Positions 60,951-64,000 of a stretch of 64,000 nt of DNA are shown here, in pieces. A model generated the notes under the pieces. The model made no database searches. It saw nothing but the letters and a program-made list of their open reading frames with translations, and was not told the origin of the DNA. The stretch is from Octopus sinensis (lineage: Eukaryota), in assembly GCF_006345805.1 (NCBI RefSeq), contig NC_043001.1, forward strand, positions 54,994,001 to 55,058,000, read 5' to 3'. Within the stretch, counting starts at the first letter, position 1, and each line of letters starts with the position of its first letter. A program made the position numbers and the translations under genes.

Positions 60951-61221
60951 GCTCAATCGCTCACTACAGATTAACTACAAGTGAATGCCAACAATAATTT
61001 TTCAGATTATTCACTGCACATTTTAGAAATGCATTTTTTAATATTTACTTATGTTTTGATAGCTTTAAGTCTTGATTATCACCAGATGTGTTACTTCTTC
61101 TGGTATGCATATTTCCAAACTGGAGTTACACAAGGAATCTTTATTTCTAAACTCATTTACAGATTTTACAAACAAAAAAATAAATCTAATTTTTAGTAAA
61201 ATATTTCAAAAGTTGAGTTAC

Positions 61222-61292
61222 CTTCGAGCAAATCTTGAAGGATGCTCTTCGATGTATACACATAAAGAAAGGGGTAACGATAAGATATATTT
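61222..61292 (-). CDS. VPS36: VPS36 most upstream exon found: KYILSLPLSLCVYIEEHPSRFAR(S)
   Basis: 71 nt, tttccttccag/gtaact; phase 2 joins 57846; corresponds to the .L.L..IV.IEE segment of the GLUE domain. Confidence 0.85.
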
Positions 61293-61349
61293 CTGGAAGG
61301 AAAAAAAAAGACAAAAACAAAGTTTTGAAATATTGAAAAAATTCATTCA

Positions 61350-61354
<5 letters not shown>

Positions 61355-61441
<87 letters not shown>

Positions 61442-61461
61442 CAATAATAATAATAATAATA
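61355..61461. repeat. (TA)n-(TAT)n-(AAT)n compound microsatellite
   Basis: Direct sequence. Confidence 0.95.
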
Positions 61462-61675
61462 AGGCGGCAAGCTGGCAGAATCTTTAGAACATTGGGTGAA
61501 ATGCTTAGCAGTATTTTATCGATCTTTCCGTTCTGAGTTCAAATTCCACTGAGGTCGACTTTGCCTTTCATCCTTTTCGGGTCAATGAAATAAGTAGTAA
61601 TTACACAGTGGGGTTGATGTAATCAACTTACTCCCTCCTCCAAATTTCAGGCATTGTTCCTATAGTAGAAAGGAT
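61461..61675 (+). mobile_element. SINE family C
   Basis: aaggcggcaagctggcagaatc...ttctgagttcaaattccactgaggtcgactttgcc. Confidence 0.85.
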
Positions 61676-62132
61676 TATTATTATTATTGTTATTATTTGA
61701 AATAGTATAGTTTGGCCCACGTGACTTAAAGATTCATAGGCTCATTACAGGAACCTATCTCATCAGGTTCAGACAGCTGAATGAAGGGATATAGGAAACT
61801 GAGCTGCTATTGATCAAGAGGGTTGATGTTGTTGGAAATAGTATTGAAATTTGAGCAACACCAAATCCATCAAAACAGAGATCCCAGTCTGAACTTCTTA
61901 CATCATGTGACTTTGGAACTTAAGTGACATCAATAGCCAGCAACGGCACATATGTGTGTGTGTGTGTAATGTTGTATGAATGCTTGGATGTGTGTCTGAT
62001 GCATATGCATATGTATCTGCTATATGTGTGTACATATAAGCTGGCATGTGGGTGAGGGGTAATGGTGCATATGTACATTTGCAAGGGTGGATGTGCTTAT
62101 GGGTGCATGTGTGCATCAGCTATGTGTGTGCA

Positions 62133-62435
62133 CTTGTGTGCCAACCAAAGCCTTGTGAGTGGATTTGGTAAACGGAAACTGAAAAAAAGTCCATCGCACA
62201 TAGATATCCATATCTATGTGCACTTGTCATTGTATCTGTGCTTGTTCCCCACCACCACTTGGCAACCAGTGCTATTTATATCCTCATAACTTAATGGTTC
62301 AGCAAAAGAGACCAATAGAATAAGTACCAGGCTTAAGAAATAGGTACTGGCGTCAATTCATTTGTCTAAGAATTCTTCGAGGCAGTGCTCCCCTCCCCTC
62401 CACATGGCCACAATCTAATGACTGAAAAAGATAAA
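62133..62435 (+). mobile_element. SINE family A, headless
   Basis: ccaaagccttgtgagtggatttggtaaacggaaactgaa...gaataagtacc...aatgactgaa. Confidence 0.8.
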
Positions 62436-63299
62436 AGATATAACTGTATTTGTAAAGCTGCTGTTTGCAACATAACAAAAATTTCTTAAAATTATGAAGG
62501 AAAGTCTTAATTTGAGCACAGACTCTTCAAAGAGATTTGTGAAGATGTTTTTGAATCATAGGACTAGGTTTTTCCTGTTTATTATAGTTTTCTATATCAT
62601 AGCAGCTGTCTATGAGAACATCTGTATAGTGCCAATGTAGTTCTCATAGCCAAATCAGTAAAAGAATTTGAGAAAAAGTTCCAAACATGGTAGAAGAAGA
62701 GTTTTGGCTAGCAAGAAAGTATACAGAATGCTACTCCCATCTAAGAGATAGCCATGCTTGATATGCAAAGAAGTAGATTGTGTATGCTTAATGTAAATTA
62801 TGAGTGCACTAAAGATTTAATGGGAGCACAGACAGGCTGGCAGAGAAGAAAAATTGCATATGTAGCAGATGCCCAGGTTTAGTGAGCAGTAAGAACTCCT
62901 ATGAAATGAATACTTTCAAATGCTCAGATGGCTCCCTACAAGTAGACAGGTATTTTTATATATGTGACCAAATTATAAATGGAGGTGTATGTTATAAAAT
63001 TAAACTAACCAGAGTGAGAACAGTGTGTAAAAAGTTCAGAGAATTACTATCTTTGTAGATACAAAGGCTTTTTCTCTCTGAGCAGAGTGTATAGTAATTG
63101 TGTCTAATCCATGCCATAGTAAACATGAACAGTTAAACGCATAGATAACCATCATTCTTTCTAGATGAAGTTGACATGGTATCTAAATTGCAAATCAATC
63201 AAAGTCTCAACATAGTTACTTAAACTGCTGAAAGTAATAACCAAATCCTTAAAATTAGACCTTATTGTCTTCTCTCTTTTCTCTCATATTCTTGAGCAC

Positions 63300-63757
63300 T
63301 CTCTCTAACTGGGGTAATCATGTATCTCCTCTAAAGCAAGACACCTGTTTCTATCCCTGTCACACTCTAACCTCTCATCACCTGGTACACAGCCACCTTT
63401 TCCAATACCACCAACCACCTCAAATAATCTTTGTCTAGCAAGTTTCTTGGAGACCTGACCAGTGCTGGTGCTATGTATAAAGCATCCAGTCCACACTGTA
63501 AAGTGATTGGCACTAGGAAAGGCATTCAGTTGTAAAAAGTATGCCAAAACGGACCTTGCCAGTGCTGGTGCTATGTAAAAAGCACCCAATCCACTCTATA
63601 AAGTGGTTGGCATTAAGAAGGGCATCCAGCCATAAAACCCATGTCAAAACAGACAGTGGATTTTGGTACAGTTTCTTGACTTTCCAGCTCTGTTCAAACC
63701 ATCCAACCCATGCCAGCATGCAAAATAGGCGTTAAATGATAATGATGATGGTGATGA
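63300..63757 (+). mobile_element. RTE 3'-UTR-derived element with an internal duplication
   Basis: ccagtgctggtgctatgta...aagcacc...gtg(a/g)ttggca occurs twice; tail cgttaaatgataatgatgatgg. Confidence 0.8.
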
Positions 63758-64000
63758 CCCTATTGTCTTAAAAATAGAAGGAAACCCTAGATAATATGGA
63801 CCCAGATATATTGTTAGATCAGGTGGTCACATTTACAACATAAATTTCATTCCTGATAAAGTCATGAAAGTCACATCAGCTCAACCATGTCCTTGGGGAA
63901 TTTGAGATTTCATTCTCCAGAGACATGCTAGATGTCAAAAACAAAGAAAAAAAACATCTCTTACACCCGACCACCCACATAAACACACAAAGTGAAATGA

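Noticed and set aside
61293-64000. Search for the first VPS36 coding exons (MDRF... and the THRLIW-type exon)
   Set aside because: No splice-flanked frame with those motifs was found; they probably lie beyond position 64000.

Overview
AT-rich eukaryotic genomic DNA, most likely an octopus (Octopus sp.). That assignment is inferred from the tRNA/CORE-type SINE families and RTE/Penelope repeats, not from a search. The right half (31.5-64 kb) is the body of a minus-strand VPS36 (ESCRT-II, EAP45) gene. I could splice 11 phase-consistent GT-AG coding exons from 61292 down to the stop at 32511; the first coding exon(s) appear to lie beyond the window. Its introns are packed with SINEs, RTE/CR1 LINE 3' ends, a decayed full-length Tc1 element and piggyBac-, hAT- and Helitron-like non-autonomous elements, and the region is strongly CpG-depleted. 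The left half (1-31.5 kb) retains CpG. It holds Tx1/L1, Penelope (with inverted terminal repeats carrying hammerhead-ribozyme-like cores), RTE, CR1 and hAT remnants, microsatellites, a ~300-bp tandem duplication and a near-perfect hairpin. It also holds a set of splice-site-flanked, phase-compatible open exons at 14.5-23 kb (minus strand) that may be an unannotated membrane-protein gene with weak by-eye resemblance to PAC (TMEM206)/DEG-ENaC channels. No prokaryotic features, rRNA, true tRNA genes or CRISPR arrays were seen.
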